Made by a program: the position numbers and the translations under genes. The notes beneath the pieces are model-generated. The model ran no database searches and was not told the DNA's origin. It saw only the letters and a list, made by a program, of their open reading frames with translations. From Leeuwenhoekiella sp. (GTDB lineage Bacteria; Bacteroidota; Bacteroidia; Flavobacteriales; Flavobacteriaceae): a stretch of 64,000 nucleotides of DNA. The DNA is taken from assembly GCF_002708845.1 (NCBI RefSeq), contig NZ_PAPI01000035.1; one strand, 5' to 3'. Positions 24,532 to 33,142 of the stretch are shown piece by piece. Every line of letters begins with the position of its first letter. Position 1 is the first letter of the stretch.

Positions 24532-26439
24532 CTACTTAAGCTGATAGCGCACGGTTAATATTTCCTGAATATCCTGAATGGGTTTAAAGCAGCGTTTCAG
24601 TTTTAGTTTTTCAGCTTTGCTTAAAGTTGCCAGTTCAATGAAGCGGCCGGAATCGCCGTGTAATATACCTTGCTTTGTCCTGAATTTCAAAAAGGCTTTA
24701 AAAGCATACGAACAGTTCTCATAGATTTCTTTGTTATTGACTTCGAGCTCTGCCAGACGCTCAAAGCGCGCTGCAGTATTGTTGATGTTTCGCAGTTTAT
24801 GATGTAAACTCAAAACCCGTGCAGCATCAATAAGGGGCATCAGGCCGCGGGATTTTATGTCAAAGAAATCTTTGTGCTCACCGCCCTCTTCAACCAGAAA
24901 TTGTCTGAAAAATCCCAAAGGAGAAGGGCTGCGTATGGCATCTTTGGCCATAACGCGGTAAAACATAGTGTTCTGGTCAAGGGTCTCTAAAATATTATCT
25001 GAAAGTTGGGTAACCAGCTCGGTATCACCATAAACATAACTGTAATCAAAAAATATTGCAGAGAGTAACTGGCTCTCGGGCGAAGGATCTTTAATCCAGA
25101 TGTCGTATTGATTCTTCCACTCCTGAAGTGATTGGCACCAGCGCGGGTTGCTGGCCATCATATCTGCCGGGCAATAGTCATAGCCTATCTTATGCAGGGA
25201 ACGGGTGATGTGACGGGCCAGTTTAATAAAATAATTCTGGGTTGCCTCATACTCTTCAGGGGCGACATTTTCAAAAACGATAGCATGATCCTGATCGGTG
25301 AGCAAGAGTTGTTCTTTACGCCCCTGGCTTCCCAGAGCAAGCCAGGCAAATTTGCAGGGTGGGGAAACGGGCATTTTTTTAAGCGCAAGTTCAATAATCC
25401 GCACGGTGATAGCATAATTGATCTCGTTGAGAATGTTTAGAATCTGCGATAAAGGAAGATTCTGAGCCAAATATTTTTTAAGTAATTGAGATACCTTTAG
25501 TCTTACGTTGCGTAGTCTTTTGGTGCGTTTAGCCAGCTTAACTTCTTTCATCAGCACCACAGGATTATTAGCAAACGTTACTACGATATCATGCTCGGTG
25601 ATCAATCCAAGTAAGTTAGAGTTTGGCGTGCCATCTTCTGTGATGCACAGGTGACTGATGTCGTTTTTGAGCATCATAAGCTGAGCCTGAGCGATAGTAG
25701 GGTCTTTGTGAAAACAGCGCACCGGCCGGGTCATAATTGTAGTCACAGGATCACTTATTTTAAAAGCCCCTGTAGCAATTTTATCACGCAAATCTTTATT
25801 GGTGATAATACCTTTAGGTTTGTTATTTTCGGTGACGATGATAGAGCCCACGTTGCGGTGACTCATTTTGGAAGCCGCGACTTTAATCAGGGTATCGGGC
25901 GTACATGTAAGAATGTTTTTAGAATATTTTGCTTTTTGAAGGTCGAAAATCTCGCTGTTGCGCTCTACCGAATATTCGGTAAACAATTTCCCGCTTTCTT
26001 CAAGAGAGTAGGGGTCCTGAACGTTTGAAGCAAAGGAGGCGATGAGAAAATTACTCACTTCTTTATGCTCTAAAGCGATAGGCAGAAACAATTCAATGGG
26101 TATTCCGTATAAAATCGTTTCCTCATTTGCAGAAGCAGATAATTCGTAGTCTTCTTTGGTGATTAAAGGACGAAGGCCAAAAAGGTCGCCTTCGTCACAA
26201 ATGTCTACGATTTTAGGCTCATTTTCTTCGGTGCGTGAGAGTCTGACAGCACCATCTTTAACCACGTAAAAAATGCCTGTATTTTTTTCACGCTCTTTAA
26301 AAACCAGCTTGTCTTTTTCGTAATACAGGACCTGAACTTCGCCTGAAATTTTAAGCAAACTCGAGGAACTCAAAAACTGGAAAGGCGGGTAGTCTTTAAG
26401 AAAATCGGCTACGCGTTCTGCAATGGTGTTTTTCATCAA
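24532..26439 (-). CDS. Cyclic-nucleotide-binding + tandem CBS + DUF294 (GlnD-like) nucleotidyltransferase protein
   Basis: N-terminal cNMP-binding beta-roll (FYVVKDGAVRL…GDLFGLRPL) followed by two CBS modules. It has a Pol-beta-type NTase motif LALGSQGRKEQLLLTDQDHAIVF and a C-terminal DUF294_C-like helical domain. Confidence 0.85.
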   Translation of the reverse strand: MMKNTIAERVADFLKDYPPFQFLSSSSLLKISGEVQVLYYEKDKLVFKEREKNTGIFYVVKDGAVRLSRTEENEPKIVDICDEGDLFGLRPLITKEDYELSASANEETILYGIPIELFLPIALEHKEVSNFLIASFASNVQDPYSLEESGKLFTEYSVERNSEIFDLQKAKYSKNILTCTPDTLIKVAASKMSHRNVGSIIVTENNKPKGIITNKDLRDKIATGAFKISDPVTTIMTRPVRCFHKDPTIAQAQLMMLKNDISHLCITEDGTPNSNLLGLITEHDIVVTFANNPVVLMKEVKLAKRTKRLRNVRLKVSQLLKKYLAQNLPLSQILNILNEINYAITVRIIELALKKMPVSPPCKFAWLALGSQGRKEQLLLTDQDHAIVFENVAPEEYEATQNYFIKLARHITRSLHKIGYDYCPADMMASNPRWCQSLQEWKNQYDIWIKDPSPESQLLSAIFFDYSYVYGDTELVTQLSDNILETLDQNTMFYRVMAKDAIRSPSPLGFFRQFLVEEGGEHKDFFDIKSRGLMPLIDAARVLSLHHKLRNINNTAARFERLAELEVNNKEIYENCSYAFKAFLKFRTKQGILHGDSGRFIELATLSKAEKLKLKRCFKPIQDIQEILTVRYQLK

Positions 26440-26447
26440 TTTTGGGC

Positions 26448-26903
26448 TTAATTCAGATTACGACGTTCAATAAAAAAACGTTTTAAAAGGTTTTCGGCAT
26501 CATTCTCGAGTATACCTCCGGTATAGACGGTTTTGGGATGCAATTGCGTGCCCATTTTAATAAAACCGCGTTTGGGGTCTGAAGCTGCATAGACTACGCG
26601 AGCCAGTTGACTCCAATATAATGCGCCGGCGCACATTTGGCAGGGCTCTAACGTAACATAAAGCGTGCAATCACGCAGGTATTTACCGCCCAGATAATTA
26701 GCAGCTGCGGTAATAGCCTGCATTTCGGCGTGTGCGGTTACATCATTTAAGCGCTCCGTAAGATTGTGTGCCCGGGCAATGATCGTATTGTTGATTACAA
26801 TAACAGCTCCAACTGGTATTTCACCCTGATCAAATGCGGTCTCTGCTTCCTGTAAAGCGCGTTTCATAAAATAGGTATCGTCAAAAGGATCTATTAAAGC
26901 CAT
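26448..26903 (-). CDS. tadA: tRNA adenosine(34) deaminase
   Basis: 151 aa with the zinc deaminase motifs HAEMQAI and PCQMCAGAL. Confidence 0.9.
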   Translation of the reverse strand: MALIDPFDDTYFMKRALQEAETAFDQGEIPVGAVIVINNTIIARAHNLTERLNDVTAHAEMQAITAAANYLGGKYLRDCTLYVTLEPCQMCAGALYWSQLARVVYAASDPKRGFIKMGTQLHPKTVYTGGILENDAENLLKRFFIERRNLN

Positions 26904-27013
26904 TGAAGTTTTTGTCAGATTATTGAAATAAGGCAGTTTGTTAGGACAAGATATAAAGTTTTAAGGATTCATTTTAAGACGCACCGACTAAATATTTCGG
27001 CTAACTTTGTCTT

Positions 27014-28783
27014 ATGAAGTATCCCTTGCTCGAAACCATAGATTTTCCTTCAGATTTACGCGAACTTCCTGTCGAAAAGCTGGAAGGTCTTGCGGTCGAA
27101 ATGCGCCGGTTTATAATTGAAGCGGTTGCTGCAAAAGAAGGCCATTTGGGCGCCAGTCTGGGTGTGGTAGAACTCACATTGGCTTTGCACTATGCTTTTA
27201 ATACACCTTATGATAAACTCATTTGGGATGTAGGTCACCAGGCATACGGGCATAAAATTATAACCGGAAGGCGCAAAGTTTTTGATACCAACAGGCAGTT
27301 TAAGGGTATTAGCGGGTTTCCTAAAATGGCCGAAAGTGAATATGATGCTTTTGGTACGGGACACAGCAGCACTTCCATTTCAGCGGCATTGGGTATGGCG
27401 ATCGCGTCAAGATTGCAGGGAGATTCAAAAAAACAGCACATCGCGGTCATAGGAGACGCCTCTATTGCCAGCGGGATGGCTTTTGAGGCACTTAACCATG
27501 CGGGAGATAGCAGGGCTAATATTCTCGTGATTCTTAATGATAATGCAATTGGTATTGATCCTAGCGTGGGCGCTTTAAAAAATTACCTTACTCAGGTGAA
27601 GACCGGAAGTCAGCGCAGTGTAAACATTTTTGAAGCGTTGAACTTTAAGTATTTTGGGCCGGTTGACGGGCATGATATTGATAAACTGTTGGAGATTTTT
27701 AAGACCTTAAAAAAGATCGAAGGACCAAAATTTCTGCATGTAATCACTACAAAGGGAAAAGGACTAAAGCAGGCAGAGCACGATCAGGTAAAGTACCATG
27801 CTCCAGGGAAATTTGATGCATTAACCGGAGAGTTGATCTCGCCTAAAGAAACGCCACAGCCTCCCAAATATCAGGATGTTTTTGGCTTAACACTGGTCGA
27901 ACTGGCTAAGAAAAACCCAAAAATTATAGGGATTACCCCGGCGATGCCTACTGGGAGTTCGATGAAATATATGATGCAGGCTTTTCCTGAAAGGGCTTTT
28001 GATGTTGGTATCGCAGAGCAGCATGCCGTAACTCTGGCAGCAGGAATCGCAGCCTCTGGAGGTATACCTTTTTGTGCTATTTATTCAACCTTTTTGCAAA
28101 GAGCTTACGATCAGTTAATACATGACGTTGCTTTGCAAAAATTACCGGTAGTATTTTGTATTGATCGGGCTGGACTGGTAGGTGAAGATGGGGCAACCCA
28201 TCACGGGGTTTTTGATTTGGCGTACTTGAGATGCGTTCCTAATCTTATGATTTACGCTCCGCGAAATGAAGAAAGCCTGCGCAATATTATGTTTACGGTT
28301 CAGGTAGGTCTGGATTTCCCTATTGCCATACGGTATCCAAGGGGAAGAGGTACCAGTATAGATTGGAAAAAGTCGTTTAAAAAAATCGAATTTGGTAAAG
28401 CCGAAAAGCTCACTGAAGGCAATGAATTAGCGCTGATTGTAACCGGTCATTTTACCGCGAAGGCATTGAGATTGGCAGAATCCTTTAGCGGAAGCATCGC
28501 CGTGTATTATTTCGGTTTTATAAAACCCCTTGATACCGAAGCCTTGCATCAGATCTTCAATAAGTACGGCAGTATCCTTACCCTTGAAGACGGAGTGCTT
28601 CAAGGAGGTCTGGCCAGTGCTGTAGCTGAAGCAGCAGTAGCTTCAAACTACAAGGGTAGCATTACCAGCCTTGGTATTCCTGATGAATTTATAGAGCATG
28701 GCAGTACAGAGGAACTCTATGAATCTATTGGGTTAACTGACCCTCAACTCAAGTCTAAAATACAAGATTTGCTGAGGGACTAA
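27014..28783 (+). CDS. dxs: 1-deoxy-D-xylulose-5-phosphate synthase
   Basis: 589 aa with GHLGASLGVVELTLALH, IWDVGHQAYGHKI, the TPP-binding GDASIASGMAFEALN, and a transketolase-like C-terminal half. Confidence 0.95.
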   Translation: MKYPLLETIDFPSDLRELPVEKLEGLAVEMRRFIIEAVAAKEGHLGASLGVVELTLALHYAFNTPYDKLIWDVGHQAYGHKIITGRRKVFDTNRQFKGISGFPKMAESEYDAFGTGHSSTSISAALGMAIASRLQGDSKKQHIAVIGDASIASGMAFEALNHAGDSRANILVILNDNAIGIDPSVGALKNYLTQVKTGSQRSVNIFEALNFKYFGPVDGHDIDKLLEIFKTLKKIEGPKFLHVITTKGKGLKQAEHDQVKYHAPGKFDALTGELISPKETPQPPKYQDVFGLTLVELAKKNPKIIGITPAMPTGSSMKYMMQAFPERAFDVGIAEQHAVTLAAGIAASGGIPFCAIYSTFLQRAYDQLIHDVALQKLPVVFCIDRAGLVGEDGATHHGVFDLAYLRCVPNLMIYAPRNEESLRNIMFTVQVGLDFPIAIRYPRGRGTSIDWKKSFKKIEFGKAEKLTEGNELALIVTGHFTAKALRLAESFSGSIAVYYFGFIKPLDTEALHQIFNKYGSILTLEDGVLQGGLASAVAEAAVASNYKGSITSLGIPDEFIEHGSTEELYESIGLTDPQLKSKIQDLLRD

Positions 28784-28786
28784 CTC

Positions 28787-31486
28787 TTAGTTTATAATAA
28801 GTTTTCTGCTGGCTGAAACACCGTCATTCTTTATCTGAAGAATATAAACCCCCTGTGATAGTGATGAGGTATTGATTTCAATCTGGTCAGAAAGCACTTG
28901 TTTTTGAGTCAGGACTTTCCGGCCATTAAGATCAAAAACAGTAATATTTCCTTCTCCAAAATTACCGTTGATAAACACATTGACCTGATTTCTGGAAGGA
29001 TTGGGGAACAGAAAAAAGGGCTTACTAGTATCATCTATTTCTCCAAGACTTAGGTTGCAATTTCCTTGAAACTCCTCAGGTACGTCAAAGTTTTCAGTTT
29101 GATCTAAACGCGAAGTGGCCTCACCCTGACTCGCGTTAATGCCAAGTCCTCTTCGAGCAAAGGCTTTCCATATCAGACAGGCGTGTTTTCCACCATAAAG
29201 AACTTCATCTGCTGCAAGTATGGCATCGCGTCCATCAACAAAACCGGGTTGACAAGGCTGCATTTTCATAGCTTGCATAACTAACTTTAGAGAAATGGTA
29301 TTGCCTCCTTCACTTAAATAAATATCAGATGTGAATCCATATATATCAATTAAATCCCAGGTTATATCCCAGAGCATAGAAGCCCAAACGCTACCTACTC
29401 CGTGTGGCGCTGAGAATTGAGTGGTATTGTTAGTATCTCCATATGTAACAGGATTTATGGATAAATCGGTACTGTAAGGAAAAGGTCTGATCCCTAACGT
29501 TTCATCATTTTCTCCCTGCACAACATAATTTCCTATTGGTCGGGATTGTTGAGGCGTGTCTGTTGATTGCATGGTTAAAAGCAAGCCTAAATAATCAGAC
29601 CAGCCTTCGCCCATTTGCTCTGTAAAAGTACCGCCTACGCAATTACCATCTGCATCTCTTCTGGTACAGGTTTCCAGACAATCGACCGTGTCGGGTCCGC
29701 CGGTAAGGCGCATAGAAACCCCGTGTCCATATTCGTGCACTATAATTACATTATCCAAAGAACCATCTCTCCGGTAAGGCCCTGCATCTATAAGTCCTCC
29801 ATCAACAGTATTTCCACTTTCAATACTGCCTATTATGCGATCGCCATCGGCTTTAGAAACCATTATAGAAGGTATAGTAATTTCAGGATCGCTTCCACCC
29901 ATTTGAAAGATTGGATCTTCATTATTATTAACTATAATTACGGCAAGCGCACCGGCATTTTGTGCCAAGATTACTTTTTCAGTAAAATTACAAGAGCCTC
30001 TTCTAAAGACTGCTATCTTTCCTTCGAGATCAGTTGGGTTCGTCAAAGGGTCACATCCATCAAGCTCATCAGTTGAATCACTTCCTTCGTTTGTGTCAGT
30101 GCCTAAAACTAAAATCCTTCTTAGTTCTTGAGCAGGAAGCGAAGGTCCAAAACTTGCCGGGTATGCAGTATATTTACCGGCAAGATTTTCCGGATCATAA
30201 ATTGTCAAAGGCTCGCCAGCCTCTCCTACTGCAGACCACAAAAACATTTGCATAATTGCAATCTCACCATCGGGATCGGTACCAAAGGTTGCATTGTTGA
30301 AGCCATTAATGTCTTGGCCGGAAGCGAATACAGGGTCGCCATCACCGATGACTACGGTGTTGCCCTTTATAACTTCTGAGCGACCTTTTCCGTAATTATT
30401 CGTCTGAAAGTTACCGCCTGCTTCGTCAAATCCATAAAAATAGAGGATGTCGTGAACCTTATTGTTTACATAGAATAGATTTGTTAATGAAGCATCAGTA
30501 TATTCCTGAGGTTGAGAATTGGCATCAAAAGGAAAATTAAAGTTTAAATCTGCACCACCATCAGGTGAGTCACCTATTGAAAAATCGGGCTCTAAAAGAA
30601 AAGCATATGCATTATTACCCCGAGTAATCGTGTATTCTGCGCCTTCTGTGCCATTGTCATCGTGCCAGCCAAAAGGAGAAGCGATCAGATTTTGAGGATC
30701 AGTAACAACCTGTTGATTGCCTTCCCCCGGACTTTCTAAAGGAAGTGGAAAAACCAGATAGCGCTCACCGGCAAGCAAAGTAGAATTTGAAGATTTTGAA
30801 GTATTAAAACTAAGATTTCTGAAGTTGGTTTTTCTTGGAGTATGTGCTCCGTGATTACCAAAATTACAGGTGAGTAAGTGATCATTAAGCTTTAGTAAAT
30901 TTCCTGTAGTTGCATCAATCAGGGCACTCCACCAGTGCTTTCCGTCAGGTGTATGAATGTTTATAGTATAAGCTAATTTAAGAGAGGAATAATCAGAAGC
31001 AAAAAATACTTTCTTAGCAGTAATGGGGTCGAGAGATATTCCTGAAGGACCAAATTTGTAGCTCTTGTTCTCAACTTGGTCAAGTATTTCTAATTTTTTA
31101 GCAGAACCTAAATTTAAGTGATTTGCCGCTGAATTAATTGCAGCTATTACACCTCGATCTGTTGTAGATATTTGTTTTGTAGAAGTAGTCTGAACATAAT
31201 TTTCCATTTCATAAACCACTTCTTTATTTTTAAGAGTATAAGAACTAACCGCCTTAAATACCGGAAGGCCTTGATATATTTGTTGACCAAATACCTGCAC
31301 GAGGCCATCTATTGATGTTGAATAGGAAACTATTTCCCATTCTACGCCTGAAACAGTGCTTTTTCCACTATTTTTTTCAAGATAGTTATCGATAATGGTT
31401 TTATACTCTGCTGTCTGAGCGCTCAAATTTTGATAAAGCAGAAAAGTACTCAAAAGAGTAAGGAGGTACAGGTAATTTTTTTTCAT
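28787..31486 (-). CDS. Secreted M36 (fungalysin-type) metalloprotease with PA domain and T9SS C-terminal sorting domain
   Basis: Signal peptide and a propeptide-like N-terminus. PA domain (LEGKIAVFRRGSCNFTEKVILAQNAGALAVIIVNN). Zinc motif VHEYGHGVSMRLTGG. C-terminal FLFPNPSRNQVNVF…GVYILQIKN…KLIIN is typical of T9SS CTDs. Confidence 0.85.
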   Translation of the reverse strand: MKKNYLYLLTLLSTFLLYQNLSAQTAEYKTIIDNYLEKNSGKSTVSGVEWEIVSYSTSIDGLVQVFGQQIYQGLPVFKAVSSYTLKNKEVVYEMENYVQTTSTKQISTTDRGVIAAINSAANHLNLGSAKKLEILDQVENKSYKFGPSGISLDPITAKKVFFASDYSSLKLAYTINIHTPDGKHWWSALIDATTGNLLKLNDHLLTCNFGNHGAHTPRKTNFRNLSFNTSKSSNSTLLAGERYLVFPLPLESPGEGNQQVVTDPQNLIASPFGWHDDNGTEGAEYTITRGNNAYAFLLEPDFSIGDSPDGGADLNFNFPFDANSQPQEYTDASLTNLFYVNNKVHDILYFYGFDEAGGNFQTNNYGKGRSEVIKGNTVVIGDGDPVFASGQDINGFNNATFGTDPDGEIAIMQMFLWSAVGEAGEPLTIYDPENLAGKYTAYPASFGPSLPAQELRRILVLGTDTNEGSDSTDELDGCDPLTNPTDLEGKIAVFRRGSCNFTEKVILAQNAGALAVIIVNNNEDPIFQMGGSDPEITIPSIMVSKADGDRIIGSIESGNTVDGGLIDAGPYRRDGSLDNVIIVHEYGHGVSMRLTGGPDTVDCLETCTRRDADGNCVGGTFTEQMGEGWSDYLGLLLTMQSTDTPQQSRPIGNYVVQGENDETLGIRPFPYSTDLSINPVTYGDTNNTTQFSAPHGVGSVWASMLWDITWDLIDIYGFTSDIYLSEGGNTISLKLVMQAMKMQPCQPGFVDGRDAILAADEVLYGGKHACLIWKAFARRGLGINASQGEATSRLDQTENFDVPEEFQGNCNLSLGEIDDTSKPFFLFPNPSRNQVNVFINGNFGEGNITVFDLNGRKVLTQKQVLSDQIEINTSSLSQGVYILQIKNDGVSASRKLIIN

Positions 31487-31546
31487 AGCAACAAGTTAAC
31501 GTGGTAAATATCTTATATAGAAAGATATTTTAACTGGATATTTTAA

Positions 31547-32881
31547 TTATTTAACATCCAGACCTTTGATTTTTTTGTAGTTCCGCAGGGCCTTCCCGTC
31601 TGTCATTGTTGATACGTGCAGGCAAATTTGAATCAGATTTTGATACAGGCTATTCTCTGGGTTAAAATCATTAATCAATAATTTTTGAATTAAGCGGTTG
31701 AAATGATTATCGTTGTCGTCAAGGGCTTTGCAGCCCGCTTCAAGGAGGGTAGAAAGAATTTCGTAACCCGCTATTTCTTTTTCAATCACTTCGCGGCTAT
31801 TATAAATACGCTCAACACTTAAATTAATGATGTCTGTAATTTGAGCCTGGTAGGTACTTTTATCCAGTAGTGAATGGTGAAAAGCTCCATTAAGAATTTC
31901 ATCTTCGTGCTCCATAAAAGTTTCAACGGCTTCATTAATTAAGGTGTTAATAGCCAGCGCCCTTAAATAACTCACGCGATCTGAAGTTTGAGAAAGCGCA
32001 TTATACTTGTTTCGATCGATTGTTTTACCCACAAGTTTTACCATATATTCCAACGCATATTCTTCAGGTATCAGACCCAGATTGATACCATCTTCAAAAT
32101 CAATTATGGTATAGCAAATATCATCTGCCGCTTCTACCAAAAATGCCAAAGGGTGACGGTACCAGCTTAAGTCCTTTTCCGATCCTCTATTGATCAAACC
32201 CAGTTCGTCTGCTACTTCTTCAAAAAAAGCTTTTTCAGATTGAAAGAAGCCATACTTCTTGTCACTGATGTCATTTGTGGGCTTGTGAGGCAGTGATTCT
32301 TTAGGATATTTCATAAATGCTCCAAGAGTCGCATAAGATAATCTCAAACCGCCGGCTGATCCGGGTTTACTTTGGCTTAAAATTTTAAAGCCGTTTGCGT
32401 TACCTTCAAATTTGACGAGATCCTGATATTCTTTCGCCGTAAGGTTGTCTTTATAGCGTTTTCCGTAACCGTTTTTAAAGAAATCGCCAATGGCTTTTTC
32501 TCCACTATGCCCAAAAGGAGGGTTGCCTATATCGTGTGCTAAAGCTGCAGCAGCTACAATGGCACCAAAATCATTAAACTTATAACCGTGAATCTGTGCG
32601 AGGTGCGGGTGCTTTTCTAAAATGCGTTTACCCACCATGCGTCCTAAGGAGCGACCTACGACAGACACTTCAAGACTGTGTGTTAAGCGGGTGTGAACAA
32701 AATCGGTCTTTGAAAGTGGAATCACCTGAGTTTTGTCTTGCAAACTTCTAAAAGCCGAAGAAAAAATAATACGATCGTAATCAACTTCAAAGCCGAGGCG
32801 TATATCATCCTGCTCGCTGCGCAGGCGTTTTGAGGTATCACCAAACTTTTTTAAAGACAGGAGCTGCTCCCAGTTCATCAT
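31547..32881 (-). CDS. dgt: dGTP triphosphohydrolase-like HD-domain protein
   Basis: 444 aa with HD motifs RLTHSLEVSVVGRSLG and AALAHDIGNPPFGHSGE. Confidence 0.88.
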   Translation of the reverse strand: MMNWEQLLSLKKFGDTSKRLRSEQDDIRLGFEVDYDRIIFSSAFRSLQDKTQVIPLSKTDFVHTRLTHSLEVSVVGRSLGRMVGKRILEKHPHLAQIHGYKFNDFGAIVAAAALAHDIGNPPFGHSGEKAIGDFFKNGYGKRYKDNLTAKEYQDLVKFEGNANGFKILSQSKPGSAGGLRLSYATLGAFMKYPKESLPHKPTNDISDKKYGFFQSEKAFFEEVADELGLINRGSEKDLSWYRHPLAFLVEAADDICYTIIDFEDGINLGLIPEEYALEYMVKLVGKTIDRNKYNALSQTSDRVSYLRALAINTLINEAVETFMEHEDEILNGAFHHSLLDKSTYQAQITDIINLSVERIYNSREVIEKEIAGYEILSTLLEAGCKALDDNDNHFNRLIQKLLINDFNPENSLYQNLIQICLHVSTMTDGKALRNYKKIKGLDVK

Positions 32882-33142
32882 AATCTAAGTTTTGCGGCAA
32901 GTTACATTTTTTGCCTGATACTATATTAAATGGGGTAGAATGGTGCATACTATATGTCCAGTATCCGCTTGAAAAAATGTGTGTTGCCGCACTATTTTGA
33001 ACGTTCTGGTATTTAGATGATTGAAAATCTCTTAACATTTAGGTAACCATGAAGTAACCCCCAGCTTACGAATTGATAACAATGCATTAACCCCCCTGCA
33101 AAACATTAGAGACATCTTTGCACCGACAAATAAAAGCAAGTA

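Noticed and set aside
24172-26028. + strand ORFs of 128, 102 and 125 aa antisense to the exonuclease and DUF294 genes, plus a 76 aa minus-strand ORF in an alternative frame at 25185-25415.
   Set aside because: They are nested in well-supported CDSs with no independent signals. They are typical shadow ORFs.
29615-30379. Three + strand ORFs (153, 73 and 83 aa) antisense to the M36 protease gene.
   Set aside because: They lie entirely within a strongly supported 899 aa CDS, are Cys/Ile/Ser/Arg/Phe/Tyr-rich with junk-like composition, and carry no motifs.
31547-32881. The dGTPase as a possible anti-phage dNTP-depletion defence gene.
   Set aside because: It stands alone among housekeeping genes (dxs, tadA, aspS) with no neighbouring defence or mobile genes. 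It looks like the ordinary chromosomal dgt homologue.
32882-33142. Possible riboswitch (B12 or TPP) in the 260 nt leader of the TonB-dependent receptor, plus a 66 aa minus-strand ORF (32838-33038).
   Set aside because: There is no GCCACTG B12 box; the nearest sequence is GCCGCACTA. There is no CTGAGA…ACCTGATCTGGATAATGCCAGCG-type TPP core either. The receptor is not BtuB-like in size or architecture, and the ORF overlaps the dgt start and looks spurious.
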